In this document: positions 30,712 through 40,374 of the stretch, in pieces | Layout: each line of letters opens with the position of its first letter | Numbering within the stretch: position 1 is the first letter of the stretch | Assembly (NCBI GenBank): GCA_026328835.1 | Contig: GCA_026328835.1_4850.1 | Origin: a phage | Strand: one strand, 5' to 3' | Length of the DNA: 46,457 bases | Notes under the pieces: generated by a model | Databases searched by the model: none | What the model was told of the DNA's origin: nothing | What the model saw: only the letters and a program-made list of their open reading frames with translations | Translations under genes and position numbers: made by a program

Positions 30712-32617
30712 AATCTTTTCTGTGTATTATGTCACGGCCTTTATCGTTAATACGATGTGTGATGCGTTTTGGCGCTTTAATCAACCCCGCATACATCATG
30801 AACTGCTTGGCGTTCTGGCATTTCAGGATTTTCCCAGCTATTGATTTATCATCAAGGTGAGGGAAGATGGCCTTTGCCTTGAACATGTTTTTCATGTGGG
30901 TTGCTCCGCCGTAAGGGTAGAAAACCTCGTTAGCCCAGCCTTCTTTGCCATCACAACGATTAATCCAGTAGCGATATAAAATTCCCTCTCCATCCTTCGT
31001 CAACTGGACTTTGAAGTCAATAACATCAGCCCATTCGTTGTCGGTATACGCACGCTCATTCAGTGCCGCATTTGGGTCTCGCAAAACATGATCGCAATGT
31101 CGGCAATAGCGCGCCGTAGGGTCGTTTTTAGTTCCGCAACCATCATCAAAAATACGGATGCCATGCTTATCGAAGCCGCAACGGATGTAGCTGAAAAATT
31201 CTTCGCAGCGACCATCTGGAGATAGTGCATCTTTGCCAATACAGCGGCGAGCATATGGGCTGTTCATTGTTCCACATTTTGGACACGGAACCTGTTCGCC
31301 ACTGCGTTTTGAACGTTGCGCTTCAGCCTCTTCCAGAATAGGGTCTTCATACAGCTGACCAAGCTCAAACATCGTGCCTGAGAAATCCAGAACCAGATGG
31401 TCTTCTTTATGATACCCGGCATCAATTTGCTCTTTCTTCAGCAGGCGCATTCCGCGACCAAGCAACTGAACGAGAAGGGTGAGTGACATTATTTTTCGTA
31501 ATATGACGCTTACATCCCATAATGGGATATTAACGCCAGTTGTAAGCGCGGCGATCTGGAATGTGTATTTTATTTTGCCAGTGTACGCATCCCTCAGGGC
31601 TTTGCGTCTTGCTTTTTGCCCCATATCTTCAGTAACAATCGCGTAGCTGCCTTCAGGAAGGTATTTAGCAGCCTCCAAGCAATGCTTCTTGCCTGCGCAG
31701 GTAATTAATACCCCATTTCTGTCTTTTGTAAGCTCCATCACTTTGAGCATGATTTTCTGTGTAAGAGTTCCTTGTTCAAGTATTTCCTCCTGCATCTGCT
31801 TGAGCTGCTCTGCGGTGAAGTCCTGCGTCCCGTCAACATCTGAGCCATGGAAGTTATGCAGGTCGTATTGCAAGTCATCAACATCATGAAGACCAAAGAT
31901 TGTTGGAACAACAAATCCACGATCTACCATGTACTTTGTGTCAATGTTTATTATTTCATTTTTCCAGTACGCGCCTTTCATTGATTCAGTACCACGGAAT
32001 GGACTTCCGGTGAATCCAATTGTTATCATCTCATGACCATATTTTTCCTTGCATCGCCTGTTAAGCTCAGTAAGTATTACGCCATATTGTGTTGTTGGAT
32101 TCTCACTAATAATGTCCTGCCATGGCACTTGGTGCCCTTCATCACAAAGGCAAAATCTAGGGGTAAAGTCACTCAACCCACCTTTCTTAACGTCACCGTT
32201 TGATTCATCTTTTTTATCAAAAAGTGCGTTAACTATTGTTCCTTCAGTGCCGCATATAATAGGGTATGCTGTACTTTTCCTACCAAGAGATGCGCTATAA
32301 AGAGAGTTTTTTACACCACACTCCCACATCATTTCAGCATTCTGCTCAGCTATCTCGCCCTGCCTTGAGATTACAAGACCCTCCCACCCCATATCCTGAA
32401 ATCTACTGCAAAGCATTGAAATCATCACGGTCTTTCCTGATGAAACAGACGCTGTAACATAGCTTGGCTCTGGTTTCTTTCCAAAATTACGAATAACCTC
32501 AGCGCACTTTGCGTAAACAAGCCATTGGTAATCATATGGCTCTATGGAACCTAATTTTATTGATTTCTTTAATTTATCTATATCAATTTCTGAAATCATC
32601 TTGTCTATTTTATGCAT
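30683..32617 (-). CDS. superfamily 2 DNA helicase with C-terminal zinc ribbons
   Basis: Walker A SVSSGKT; DEGH box (LCDEGHQV); QLLGRGMR arginine finger; CPKCG and CRHC pairs. Confidence 0.85.
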   Translation of the reverse strand: MHKIDKMISEIDIDKLKKSIKLGSIEPYDYQWLVYAKCAEVIRNFGKKPEPSYVTASVSSGKTVMISMLCSRFQDMGWEGLVISRQGEIAEQNAEMMWECGVKNSLYSASLGRKSTAYPIICGTEGTIVNALFDKKDESNGDVKKGGLSDFTPRFCLCDEGHQVPWQDIISENPTTQYGVILTELNRRCKEKYGHEMITIGFTGSPFRGTESMKGAYWKNEIINIDTKYMVDRGFVVPTIFGLHDVDDLQYDLHNFHGSDVDGTQDFTAEQLKQMQEEILEQGTLTQKIMLKVMELTKDRNGVLITCAGKKHCLEAAKYLPEGSYAIVTEDMGQKARRKALRDAYTGKIKYTFQIAALTTGVNIPLWDVSVILRKIMSLTLLVQLLGRGMRLLKKEQIDAGYHKEDHLVLDFSGTMFELGQLYEDPILEEAEAQRSKRSGEQVPCPKCGTMNSPYARRCIGKDALSPDGRCEEFFSYIRCGFDKHGIRIFDDGCGTKNDPTARYCRHCDHVLRDPNAALNERAYTDNEWADVIDFKVQLTKDGEGILYRYWINRCDGKEGWANEVFYPYGGATHMKNMFKAKAIFPHLDDKSIAGKILKCQNAKQFMMYAGLIKAPKRITHRINDKGRDIIHRKDFAGEQSEAA

Positions 32618-33222
32618 TATTTTACCCTACCAAATTCACCATGAAGACTTGATGATGCTTTTGCATACGCTTTATGTGCATCCTCAGGGGTATTAAAATA
32701 ACCAATAACTTTCTTTTTACCTCTAACCCAAATCTGAGCAACCCACCGTTTCTCCCTTTTGAACCAACTAACACCTTTGTATCCGCTAGTGTTATTTGAT
32801 GATAAGCCTTTATTCCATTTGTTTTGACTGCAATCAGCCAACCTGAGATTTTCTATCCTGTTATCGTTCTTAATTGTATTGATGTGATCAATGTCCATAG
32901 CTCCAGGGTCTTGCTGTTTGCATATGGCCCATACAATTCTATGTGCTTTATAATAAACACCATCAATCATCACAAGCCTGTAATTCATTTTGTCAACCTT
33001 ATTGTCAGCAGGTTTCCCCGGATACCGTGAATTCCATGTTTTGTGATATGGCGTTAATTCATCTCTCCTTTTCCAATACAGGCGTCCATTGACAACCTCT
33101 AACCTTGATGTCACGTAATCAACATCAATTTTTAGCACCTTTCTTTTTTTCTCTAAAACTTTTGAGTCGGCACCCTGAGCAACAGAACTCAGCCCTTGCT
33201 GTTCCATAGAATTCCCCCCCAC
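32617..33222 (-). CDS. HNH homing endonuclease with AP2-like domain
   Basis: HRIVW...DHINTIKNDNRIENLR plus NTSGYKGVSW...W.A. Confidence 0.8.
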   Translation of the reverse strand: MGGNSMEQQGLSSVAQGADSKVLEKKRKVLKIDVDYVTSRLEVVNGRLYWKRRDELTPYHKTWNSRYPGKPADNKVDKMNYRLVMIDGVYYKAHRIVWAICKQQDPGAMDIDHINTIKNDNRIENLRLADCSQNKWNKGLSSNNTSGYKGVSWFKREKRWVAQIWVRGKKKVIGYFNTPEDAHKAYAKASSSLHGEFGRVK

Positions 33223-33360
33223 AGTTTTTGCACTTTTTCAGAGTGATAGCCATTTCTTATCCTCGATATTAAACTCAGTTGCGTTTCATGTCAATAACGC
33301 TTGTGCGTTTCATGCGAGTAAATTACAATGATTCTACATCAACGTCAACAGGAAGATTTT

Positions 33361-34314
33361 ATGAGATACGACTGGAAAGACATTGAGCCAAAAATGCTCG
33401 GCAACTGGCAGGCTGCCATCATGTCTATCGTCAATGTGGATAGCAGAGTTTTCAATGGCAAGCACCAGCCTTGCCCGTCATGCTCAGGCAAAGACAGGTA
33501 TCGCTTTGATGATAACTTCGAAACAAAAGGCGATGGTGGCGCAATCTGCAATCAGTGCGGTTCCGGCAGCGGCATGAACTGGCTGATGAAACTCTCCGGA
33601 ATGAGCTTTCCTGAAGCACTGGAGGCGCTTGGAGGATTCCTGAACATGAACCCACGTGAAAAGCTGGAGGCAATCAGGAAAGAGTTACCGAAGATAAATT
33701 ACAATGATGACTTCATCACCGAGCAGGAAGTCGCAGCAATCATGGCTAAAACGACGCGTGTCGCGATGAATGAGTGGACTTTGATAAATGGCATTGGTTG
33801 CGACGTTAGCGTCGTCAGAGGCAAATCTGGAGAGCTTGTTGCGGTTGAGTTGATGCGCGCAGACACAATGAAGCCGTGCAATGTGGCGTTCATTGGCATG
33901 GATGGTGATGCATTCAGAACATTTTATAAAGCAGGGTACAACAAGGACTCAGCCATCAACGGTAAACTCACGCGCGGCGCGATAAGCACAATCGGAGAAG
34001 ACAACGGAAAGTTCATTTATCTTGTTTCTGATTATGCCGACGCGTGGAAGTGCCATTACTTCACTGGCGCTCATGTCTGGTGCTGCTGGTCGCCGGAAAA
34101 CATATGGGAAGTGGTGCGATCTGTTAGTGATGAGACGAAAGCACGGTTACGCTGCATAGTTAATTATAAATTCGACGAACTATGCGCGGCAGAAAATGCA
34201 GGACTTCCGGTGATGCTGCCTGATGATGCTGACACTATCAGGATGGCGAAACGAATCAGAAGAAAGATTTATGACGCTGGCGAGCTTATAGAGAAAATGT
34301 CAGTCAGCAGATAA
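33361..34314 (+). CDS. DNA primase (zinc-ribbon N-terminus)
   Basis: CPSCSGKDRYRFDD...CNQCGSGSGMNWL zinc-binding motif; ATG 33361 with AGGAAG RBS preferred over track start 33328. Confidence 0.6.
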   Translation: MRYDWKDIEPKMLGNWQAAIMSIVNVDSRVFNGKHQPCPSCSGKDRYRFDDNFETKGDGGAICNQCGSGSGMNWLMKLSGMSFPEALEALGGFLNMNPREKLEAIRKELPKINYNDDFITEQEVAAIMAKTTRVAMNEWTLINGIGCDVSVVRGKSGELVAVELMRADTMKPCNVAFIGMDGDAFRTFYKAGYNKDSAINGKLTRGAISTIGEDNGKFIYLVSDYADAWKCHYFTGAHVWCCWSPENIWEVVRSVSDETKARLRCIVNYKFDELCAAENAGLPVMLPDDADTIRMAKRIRRKIYDAGELIEKMSVSR

Positions 34315-34317
34315 AAG

Positions 34318-34346
34318 AAACCCTCCAATCGGAGGGTTTTTGTTAT
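34318..34346. terminator. bidirectional rho-independent terminator
   Basis: aaccctcc-aatc-ggagggtt between convergent genes. Confidence 0.7.
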
Positions 34347-34759
34347 TCATTGAACTCTGGCGCTTCAGTCCAGAAGACCACATTTCGCAGCGACTTACCC
34401 GTGTGATTACACCAGTATATTCCTGAGTCATCATACTTAGCAGTAACCTTGACGCGATCAGCATCAATAATAATAACCTCCTGTCCATCTTTAGGGTCGA
34501 AAAGACGCGCATCTTTCCAGTTAACAATCTCATTAAGACTAAGAAGTACATAGCCGGGAAGATAATCGCCAACATCAGCTATGTGAACTATGGTTCGCTC
34601 CGTTCTTTCACCTGTGTAGTCTCCATTCCACTCCCAAAGAATAATCGTGTCTCCAACCTTAAAATCACGGTCATTCTTTCTTAACTCTGCTTTCTTGTGA
34701 CAGGTGACGACAGGCCAGAAGTGCTCAGGTAAGATTTTTAGTTCGTGTGTTTTGCTCAT
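34343..34759 (-). CDS. ASCH/PUA-like domain protein
   Basis: start MSKTHELKILPEHFWPV at 34759; K..E.R.ND..F.VGD pattern. Confidence 0.45.
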   Translation of the reverse strand: MSKTHELKILPEHFWPVVTCHKKAELRKNDRDFKVGDTIILWEWNGDYTGERTERTIVHIADVGDYLPGYVLLSLNEIVNWKDARLFDPKDGQEVIIIDADRVKVTAKYDDSGIYWCNHTGKSLRNVVFWTEAPEFNE

Positions 34760-34760
34760 T

Positions 34761-35015
34761 TCAATCCTCCAATATCCAAACCGAATTACCAATTCGACTA
34801 TTATTTAAATCCTTTGACACAAGGCCATCATTACAAAGAGAAATCAGAACCTTCCGTAACTTTGCTGCTGTCCATTCATCATCAGGAAATTCATTCACCA
34901 TCGATAGACGTAAACTCCACGTAGCCACGGAGAACTTGCGAAAAATTCCAAGCGACTCTTCATCAATGGATTTTCTCTTTCTCATCACGTATAAAACTTT
35001 ATCTTTCACATCCAT
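34761..35015 (-). CDS. hypothetical protein
   Basis: 84-aa ORF. Confidence 0.45.
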   Translation of the reverse strand: MDVKDKVLYVMRKRKSIDEESLGIFRKFSVATWSLRLSMVNEFPDDEWTAAKLRKVLISLCNDGLVSKDLNNSRIGNSVWILED

Positions 35016-35025
35016 TTTCTTGTCC

Positions 35026-35219
35026 TCACTTAATCATCAATTTTGAAATATCAACATAACCAACACAAAATCTGTGCCAGTAATCATCAAGCACGTGGTA
35101 ATTAGATCGAAACCATGCTTTGTTAATTCCACTCCAGAAAAACCACGTCGAATAACCATACGGTCTGAAATGCCATGAACCTTCTGAGCGGCAAAGTTCG
35201 CCTGATATTGTTCTCATTT
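35026..35219 (-). CDS. hypothetical small protein
   Basis: internal start MRTISGEL adjacent to upstream stop. Confidence 0.3.
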
Positions 35220-36842
35220 TAAGTTCCTCATAAATCTCATTCTCTTCATTGCTGATGACAGGATATTCCTGACTGATGAGTTCATCCGCAAACCAGACCA
35301 TGATCCGCCACCAGAAAGCCTGATATTGGATGGATTTTCGGGATCTAACTCTATTGGTGAATGCCTGTTTTCAGATATCGCAATGATGACCTCGTAAGTA
35401 AATTTATCCGGCGTAACCTGAATTGAGTTTGAATCGGCAGCTGAAATTATCTTACTGATTCTGTCGCGACAAAGTTTGTTTTTGACAACTGAAATATAAG
35501 GCTTTTCAGAGAAAGCCTTTGATTCGATGCATTTTTTAACCTTCATAACAATGTTGTCCCACTCAGTGTTTTCAAGGCCATCAAACTCTGCTTCTCCCTC
35601 AAGATAATCACGCAGGTCGTACATGCTGTTCATTACGGTTGCATACGCCCATTCAATATGGCATTCCTTTATCTGCGGAGTCATGCCATTGCGCGATGAT
35701 AAATCAGCAAATGCACAAAGAGTCGCAAGCTCAATAACCATCTGAGCAGAGCGAGGGCCGACGCTACCAATTACACCGGGAATGTTGCTTGACTTGTCTA
35801 TGCGCCTGCGCAACATCTCATAGTATTTAGAAACGCCATCATTTGCATATTCCACATTAAAGAATCCACCTGGAATTCTTGGTTTCCATTCGTTTATTAT
35901 TGTTTTATTGATTTCCATGTCAGGGGTATTCTTAAGTTCTGGCATGTGTTCATGACCTTTAATGAAAAGAGATCTCCCCATGCCGCCATCCTTTTCCCAT
36001 CTCCTTACTGTTGCAATCCCCTGCTCTGGGGTAACCGTTATGAACGGAATGAACCTTACGTTCTGTATTCCCTTCTCGTTAATGCACAGGTCATAACATT
36101 GCATGGCGTGATTTAATCTTCTTCCAATATCATGGTTCATTTTTGCAAGTCGTCGATAATCTATAGCGCCATCAGATTCACCGATGCGAGGTATCATCCA
36201 CCCCTGAGCCTGCGCAGCAGAGAGTATTAACTTCGGGTTTTGAGCACTAGCCAGCTTCTCCTGAAACAATGTAACGACAGGAGACTCAGGGAACCAGTCA
36301 CCACTAATCGATGTCCTGAACCATGAAGCCGTTTCACCAAGCGGTGAGCGCGTATCTGACCAAGACTGAAGATGTTCAGGGCAATCATCCGCGATATAAA
36401 GCAAGAAACCATCAGCCTCAATGAGTCGTTCTTTGATTTGTCGCAATGATGTTACGGTGCTTTTTGATACGCGCGGAGTGATTCCAAGATTCTCTGAGTA
36501 AGCCTTAACAAAATCAGATGGAGCACCCTTACCTGCGCCAGAGCGACCAACAATAAATGTCCCAGTGGCACACTTGTTTTTTGCGCTTGGTCCAATGATG
36601 TATCTGCCAGCCATCACCTGAGCAAGCGCGATAGCACCCGGCAATCTGTACACCTCTCCTTCTTCGCGATTTTCAAAATGATTCTCTATCTCGCACATGA
36701 ATTCACCAAGAGAACCGGGAGGAATTTTGTATCCTTCTCTGAATTCTGGCACGTCAATTTCATCAAGTGGATTTCCAGAATCAGGCTTACCTGTTGGCTT
36801 CAGAGATTCCTTTAGTTCAATGATTTGCTTTGAATCAGTCAT
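35214..36842 (-). CDS. large early protein of unknown function (Gly-rich loop GRSGAGKG; candidate replication-associated protein)
   Basis: 542-aa ORF; second gene of minus-strand operon leaving the repeat-rich region; Gly-rich loop lacks canonical GK[ST]. Confidence 0.55.
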   Translation of the reverse strand: MTDSKQIIELKESLKPTGKPDSGNPLDEIDVPEFREGYKIPPGSLGEFMCEIENHFENREEGEVYRLPGAIALAQVMAGRYIIGPSAKNKCATGTFIVGRSGAGKGAPSDFVKAYSENLGITPRVSKSTVTSLRQIKERLIEADGFLLYIADDCPEHLQSWSDTRSPLGETASWFRTSISGDWFPESPVVTLFQEKLASAQNPKLILSAAQAQGWMIPRIGESDGAIDYRRLAKMNHDIGRRLNHAMQCYDLCINEKGIQNVRFIPFITVTPEQGIATVRRWEKDGGMGRSLFIKGHEHMPELKNTPDMEINKTIINEWKPRIPGGFFNVEYANDGVSKYYEMLRRRIDKSSNIPGVIGSVGPRSAQMVIELATLCAFADLSSRNGMTPQIKECHIEWAYATVMNSMYDLRDYLEGEAEFDGLENTEWDNIVMKVKKCIESKAFSEKPYISVVKNKLCRDRISKIISAADSNSIQVTPDKFTYEVIIAISENRHSPIELDPENPSNIRLSGGGSWSGLRMNSSVRNILSSAMKRMRFMRNLK

Positions 36843-37120
36843 CAGAGGACTCTCCAGATATACATGAATTTTTTGCTTTCACTGGTTTTTGTTTTGATGA
36901 CCATGCCTTGTTCATTGGCTATTCTGGTGCAGTAAGACCTGAACATGTTGTGCGTCATGCGGTGCTTTTCATCGATCACTACAGAACAGCAATTTTCCTT
37001 TTCTCCTTTGATGATTTCGCTTGAGTATTCATTCTCGAAGTGAATACCAACCAGTTCGCCAGATTTCATTGAAGATAACAGCTCGTATGCAAACATTAAT
37101 TTAGTGCCATCTGGGTACAT
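36842..37120 (-). CDS. hypothetical protein
   Basis: 92 aa; RBS AAGGAGG at 37123-37129 (minus). Confidence 0.5.
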   Translation of the reverse strand: MYPDGTKLMFAYELLSSMKSGELVGIHFENEYSSEIIKGEKENCCSVVIDEKHRMTHNMFRSYCTRIANEQGMVIKTKTSESKKFMYIWRVL

Positions 37121-37145
37121 TCAGTCCTCCTTTTGTGATGTAAAA

Positions 37146-37174
37146 AATATACATGAATATTATGTACACGTCAA
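37146..37174 (-). promoter_or_regulatory. sigma70-like promoter for minus-strand early operon
   Basis: minus strand TTGACG (37174-37169), 17-nt spacer, TATATT (37151-37146). Confidence 0.5.
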
Positions 37175-37215
37175 CGACAGCAAGATAACGTTCTAGCTTA
37201 CACATCTTTACAGTA

Positions 37216-37600
37216 GTTACCGGAGTTACCGGGTTTTTACCGATCAGTTACCGATGCAAGTTACTGATAAATATAGAGTTACCGGAGTTACCGGATTTTT
37301 TGCATATGAGTCTATAAAATATCGAAAATGAGAATTTGTATCAAAATTGAATAAAATGCTTATAAATCATGTATATAATAAGAAATTAAACCCTTTTTAT
37401 ATATGTAAGGAGTTACCCGGTAAATCCGGTAACTATCCTGAGATCCTTGCTGTTCGCGGGTTTCAAGTTACCTGACGTCCGGTAACTCCGGTAACTTTTT
37501 AATGGCAAAACCGGCATAAAAACAACATAAGTAATTGATTTGTAACAGTTACCGGTTTTTATGTTCCGAGTTACCGGATTTTGCGTTACTTGGGTAACTT
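37216..37600. repeat. array of GTTACCGG / CCGGTAAC repeats flanking an AT-rich core
   Basis: at least 11 copies in both orientations, e.g. 37216, 37225, 37278, 37287, 37412, 37427, 37479, 37488, 37548, 37570; AT-rich 37300-37410. Confidence 0.75.
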
Positions 37601-37604
37601 GCTG

Positions 37605-37633
37605 TTGACGTAGAATCATCATTGATGTAGATT
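37605..37633 (+). promoter_or_regulatory. sigma70-like promoter for plus-strand early operon
   Basis: TTGACG, 17-nt spacer, TAGATT; 30 nt upstream of first early ORF. Confidence 0.45.
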
Positions 37634-37663
37634 GAACTCATCGAAACAAACGAGGGTGAAGAG

Positions 37664-37819
37664 ATGAAACCTACCAAATATGCAATAACTCTGTATTGCG
37701 AGGTAAAGGGTGATGCGCGCAAATTTATTGATGAGATGATCATGATTGGAAAGACCTTTGCGTATGCAGAAAAACAATATTACGCATGTAAAAAACTTTC
37801 ATATAACAGGTACGCATAA
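37664..37819 (+). CDS. hypothetical small protein
   Basis: hand-translated 51 aa; RBS GAGGGTGAAGAG. Confidence 0.35.
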   Translation: MKPTKYAITLYCEVKGDARKFIDEMIMIGKTFAYAEKQYYACKKLSYNRYA

Positions 37820-37965
37820 TGAAAATCAAAGACCGTGAAGAATTTGAAGATGCACAGGCTATGGCACGTATCGCAGTTGAGCACACAAACAACAGCATTC
37901 CTGCAGAAGCATTCTGGAACGCAGCAATGCAGGCTTTAATCTCAGCGTATGGTTTAAGCAAATGA
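37819..37965 (+). CDS. hypothetical small protein
   Basis: hand-translated 48 aa; start overlaps upstream stop. Confidence 0.35.
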   Translation: MKIKDREEFEDAQAMARIAVEHTNNSIPAEAFWNAAMQALISAYGLSK

Positions 37966-38057
37966 CAGGCGCATCATTCGAGCTTATATTCAGTCTGGTT
38001 ATCGTGGCATTCATCGTTATCGCAGTGGCAGTTTCTAAATCAGGGTATAAGGAGTAA
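37962..38057 (+). CDS. hypothetical small membrane peptide
   Basis: hand-translated 31 aa with one TM; ATGA overlap. Confidence 0.25.
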   Translation: MTGASFELIFSLVIVAFIVIAVAVSKSGYKE

Positions 38058-38060
38058 CAA

Positions 38061-38243
38061 ATGGCAAAGACTATCTATCGTCGCGAAAAGCTGGAACCCG
38101 AACTCGGTCACGTTGGCGCACAGAACTTTATGAGTAAGCAGGCACGCAATGCAATGGAATCTATCCGCGTAAATCGCGTTGTGCGCGTGTTTAATGGTGA
38201 AGGTAAGCGCAGAGTAATGGATGAGCTGATTATCGTGTTTTGA
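38061..38243 (+). CDS. hypothetical protein
   Basis: 60-aa ORF; RBS AAGGAG. Confidence 0.45.
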   Translation: MAKTIYRREKLEPELGHVGAQNFMSKQARNAMESIRVNRVVRVFNGEGKRRVMDELIIVF

Positions 38244-38279
38244 CCTCGATTCAGGTGGCTTATTTTAAATGGTGATGAC

Positions 38280-38513
38280 ATGGCAAAAGTGAAAACATAC
38301 GAGTTCTGGTTTGTGCAGAACAAAATGTATGCCAGCAAGACAATCAAGCGAGCGCACTGGTGGAATAAGTGGCTAACCATTTCCGGCTGCATTGTGCTGG
38401 CAAAGTGCAAATTCAAAGCGATTGACATCACAGATGATGATGCACTCAAAATCGCAAAGATTGAGTTTGAAGAAGATGGTTATTACGAAGAAATTATGGG
38501 GGTTAGGGTATGA
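38280..38513 (+). CDS. hypothetical protein
   Basis: 77-aa ORF. Confidence 0.45.
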   Translation: MAKVKTYEFWFVQNKMYASKTIKRAHWWNKWLTISGCIVLAKCKFKAIDITDDDALKIAKIEFEEDGYYEEIMGVRV

Positions 38514-38905
38514 GTGAAGTAAAGATATACACATTGGTTATGGGAGAAAAAGAGATTCTTAATTTTAAGCATGGAGAAGAGCTGAGGCTCGGGCATTTCG
38601 TTAAATACAAGGATTATGCAGCACTCGAAACTAAATGCGCGGAGCTGGCAGCGGAGAATGCGGCGCTTAAACAGTCGGAGAAGGAATTTAATAACTTCTG
38701 TCGTCAGGAGTACTACGGTTGGGAGGACAACTTCACTGAAACCCCAGCCACCGACGCTTTCCTGGCTGAAATTGAACGCAAAGCAATCCGCAAGTTCATT
38801 AACAGCATTGAACACATCCTGCGTGACAAGTTGTCACCGTATGACACCGAAGAGATGCTTGAGGCTATGCGTATTTTTCTGGAAGAACAAGGAGCAAAAC
38901 GATGA
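38510..38905 (+). CDS. hypothetical protein
   Basis: 131-aa ORF; ATGA overlap. Confidence 0.5.
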   Translation: MSEVKIYTLVMGEKEILNFKHGEELRLGHFVKYKDYAALETKCAELAAENAALKQSEKEFNNFCRQEYYGWEDNFTETPATDAFLAEIERKAIRKFINSIEHILRDKLSPYDTEEMLEAMRIFLEEQGAKR

Positions 38906-39033
38906 AAAGAGCATCGCCAGTTGAATTAAGGCAGTCGCTTGAAATGGCTAATGCACTTGCATCAGCAGGAATCAGGTTTGTACCAGTCCCTGTCATTAAT
39001 GATGCTGGATTTAACAGGCTCGTTGAAGAGTAA
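38902..39033 (+). CDS. hypothetical small protein
   Basis: hand-translated 43 aa; RBS AAGGAG. Confidence 0.3.
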   Translation: MKRASPVELRQSLEMANALASAGIRFVPVPVINDAGFNRLVEE

Positions 39034-39046
39034 AGGGAGATTATTG

Positions 39047-39184
39047 ATGGCATGCTTATTGAGGCGGAGCATGACACCACCAACCAGCAATTCGAAAGCC
39101 TGGCTAAAAGTGAATAACTACCTGTTCATGTTAATTATCAGTGCGCTCTATGTGGCGCACGCTTTAGTGGAGGCATATCTATGA
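39047..39184 (+). CDS. hypothetical small membrane protein
   Basis: 45 aa; RBS AGGGAGA; C-terminal TM. Confidence 0.3.
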   Translation: MACLLRRSMTPPTSNSKAWLKVNNYLFMLIISALYVAHALVEAYL

Positions 39185-39375
39185 CAAACCACGACGCAAC
39201 AAAATTCGACCAGGCGTTTTTGATTAACAAATTCTATGAGCGTTATCCACTTTCTGGATTTAAGAGTGATTCAGAGCGAGCTGAGGCGCTTGGTTACTTC
39301 ATGGCTGGTGCAGAGTTGCAGCGACTTGGAAAGTTCATCGAATACAATGATGAGGATGATAGCGATGATTACTAA
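39181..39375 (+). CDS. hypothetical protein (acidic C-terminus)
   Basis: 64-aa ORF. Confidence 0.45.
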   Translation: MTNHDATKFDQAFLINKFYERYPLSGFKSDSERAEALGYFMAGAELQRLGKFIEYNDEDDSDDY

Positions 39376-39475
39376 ATATCAACGACGCCGATACACCACT
39401 GGCGCTAAAATCTTCCTTGCTGTTTATACGCTGACGCTGGTAGCAGCTATTGCAGGAGTTGTGCATTATGTTTAA
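39365..39475 (+). CDS. hypothetical small membrane protein
   Basis: 36 aa; internal Met of ORF 39236-39475. Confidence 0.3.
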   Translation: MITKYQRRRYTTGAKIFLAVYTLTLVAAIAGVVHYV

Positions 39476-39647
39476 CGATATCAGTGACGCAATGCAAAAC
39501 ATGTGGGAACGCTACTGGGATAGCATGAAGACGTGTCACTACATGATGGTGCAGATAGGTAACTACATTGAGGTTGTGCCTGATAACGGCGTGCATGACA
39601 TTAAGTGCATGTGCTCAACGAGGGATTATGCTAATGCAAACCACTAA
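39450..39647 (+). CDS. hypothetical protein
   Basis: 65-aa ORF. Confidence 0.4.
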   Translation: MQELCIMFNDISDAMQNMWERYWDSMKTCHYMMVQIGNYIEVVPDNGVHDIKCMCSTRDYANANH

Positions 39648-39807
39648 GCAGAAGGTCTGGCAACTCGCCAAGCAGCACGAATTGGACGATTTCATCGCGA
39701 AGGTGGCAAAGGCATTCCCTGATGCGCTTGAAATCGTTCATGTGCAGACGCGAACAGAAAATGCATGGTGCTATGCTGGCAAGCGTGATAATGATGGTGT
39801 ACAATAA
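39628..39807 (+). CDS. hypothetical protein
   Basis: 59 aa; internal Met of ORF 39568-39807; followed by terminator. Confidence 0.4.
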   Translation: MLMQTTKQKVWQLAKQHELDDFIAKVAKAFPDALEIVHVQTRTENAWCYAGKRDNDGVQ

Positions 39808-39851
39808 GCACATAACCACCATTGCTTCACTCATATCATCACCCAACCTTT

Positions 39852-39877
39852 AACCCGCCTTGTGCGGGTTCTTTTTT
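39852..39877 (+). terminator. rho-independent terminator
   Basis: aacccgc-cttgt-gcgggtt then CTTTTTT. Confidence 0.7.
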
Positions 39878-39924
39878 ATCTGTGTTAAACTAACGGTATC
39901 GAAATACGAAAAGACGAAAACAGA

Positions 39925-40368
39925 ATGGCTAATCCAAACCCTGTCATGAAATTTTCCTCTGAGTACCAGCCTGCTGGCAGAGGATTAAGCTACAGAAACA
40001 GGCTTATTGAAGCATTAAAGCGATGTGGGCTTGGCGAAGAGGAGTTTCTTGACGCATTCATCAGGACGTCAATCAGGATGACCGAGGAAAACCCGACTCA
40101 GGGTGTGCAGATGCTGAAGGAGATATTCCTGCGCATCAGTCCCGTGCAGAAAAGTATGGCGCCTCCGGTTAATTTTAAATACCGCAAAGATGCCACGCCG
40201 GTAGAGCAGATAGAGGATGTCATTCAATCTGTTTCCAGCGGTGAACTCCCAATTGACGTGGCGTCTCAGGTTGTGTCTATGATTAAGGTTGGTCTTGACG
40301 TGAAAGAGTTAACCGAACTCGCAGCGCGCCTTGAGCGACTGGAGAAATTACTGGAGCAGCAACAATAA
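39925..40368 (+). CDS. putative terminase small subunit
   Basis: 147 aa directly upstream of terminase large subunit (interrupted by HNH gene). Confidence 0.5.
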   Translation: MANPNPVMKFSSEYQPAGRGLSYRNRLIEALKRCGLGEEEFLDAFIRTSIRMTEENPTQGVQMLKEIFLRISPVQKSMAPPVNFKYRKDATPVEQIEDVIQSVSSGELPIDVASQVVSMIKVGLDVKELTELAARLERLEKLLEQQQ

Positions 40369-40374
40369 CTCATT

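Noticed and set aside
37216-37600. Possible CRISPR array
   Set aside because: Repeats are only 8 bp, occur in both orientations with irregular spacing, and have no regular repeat-spacer periodicity or cas genes.
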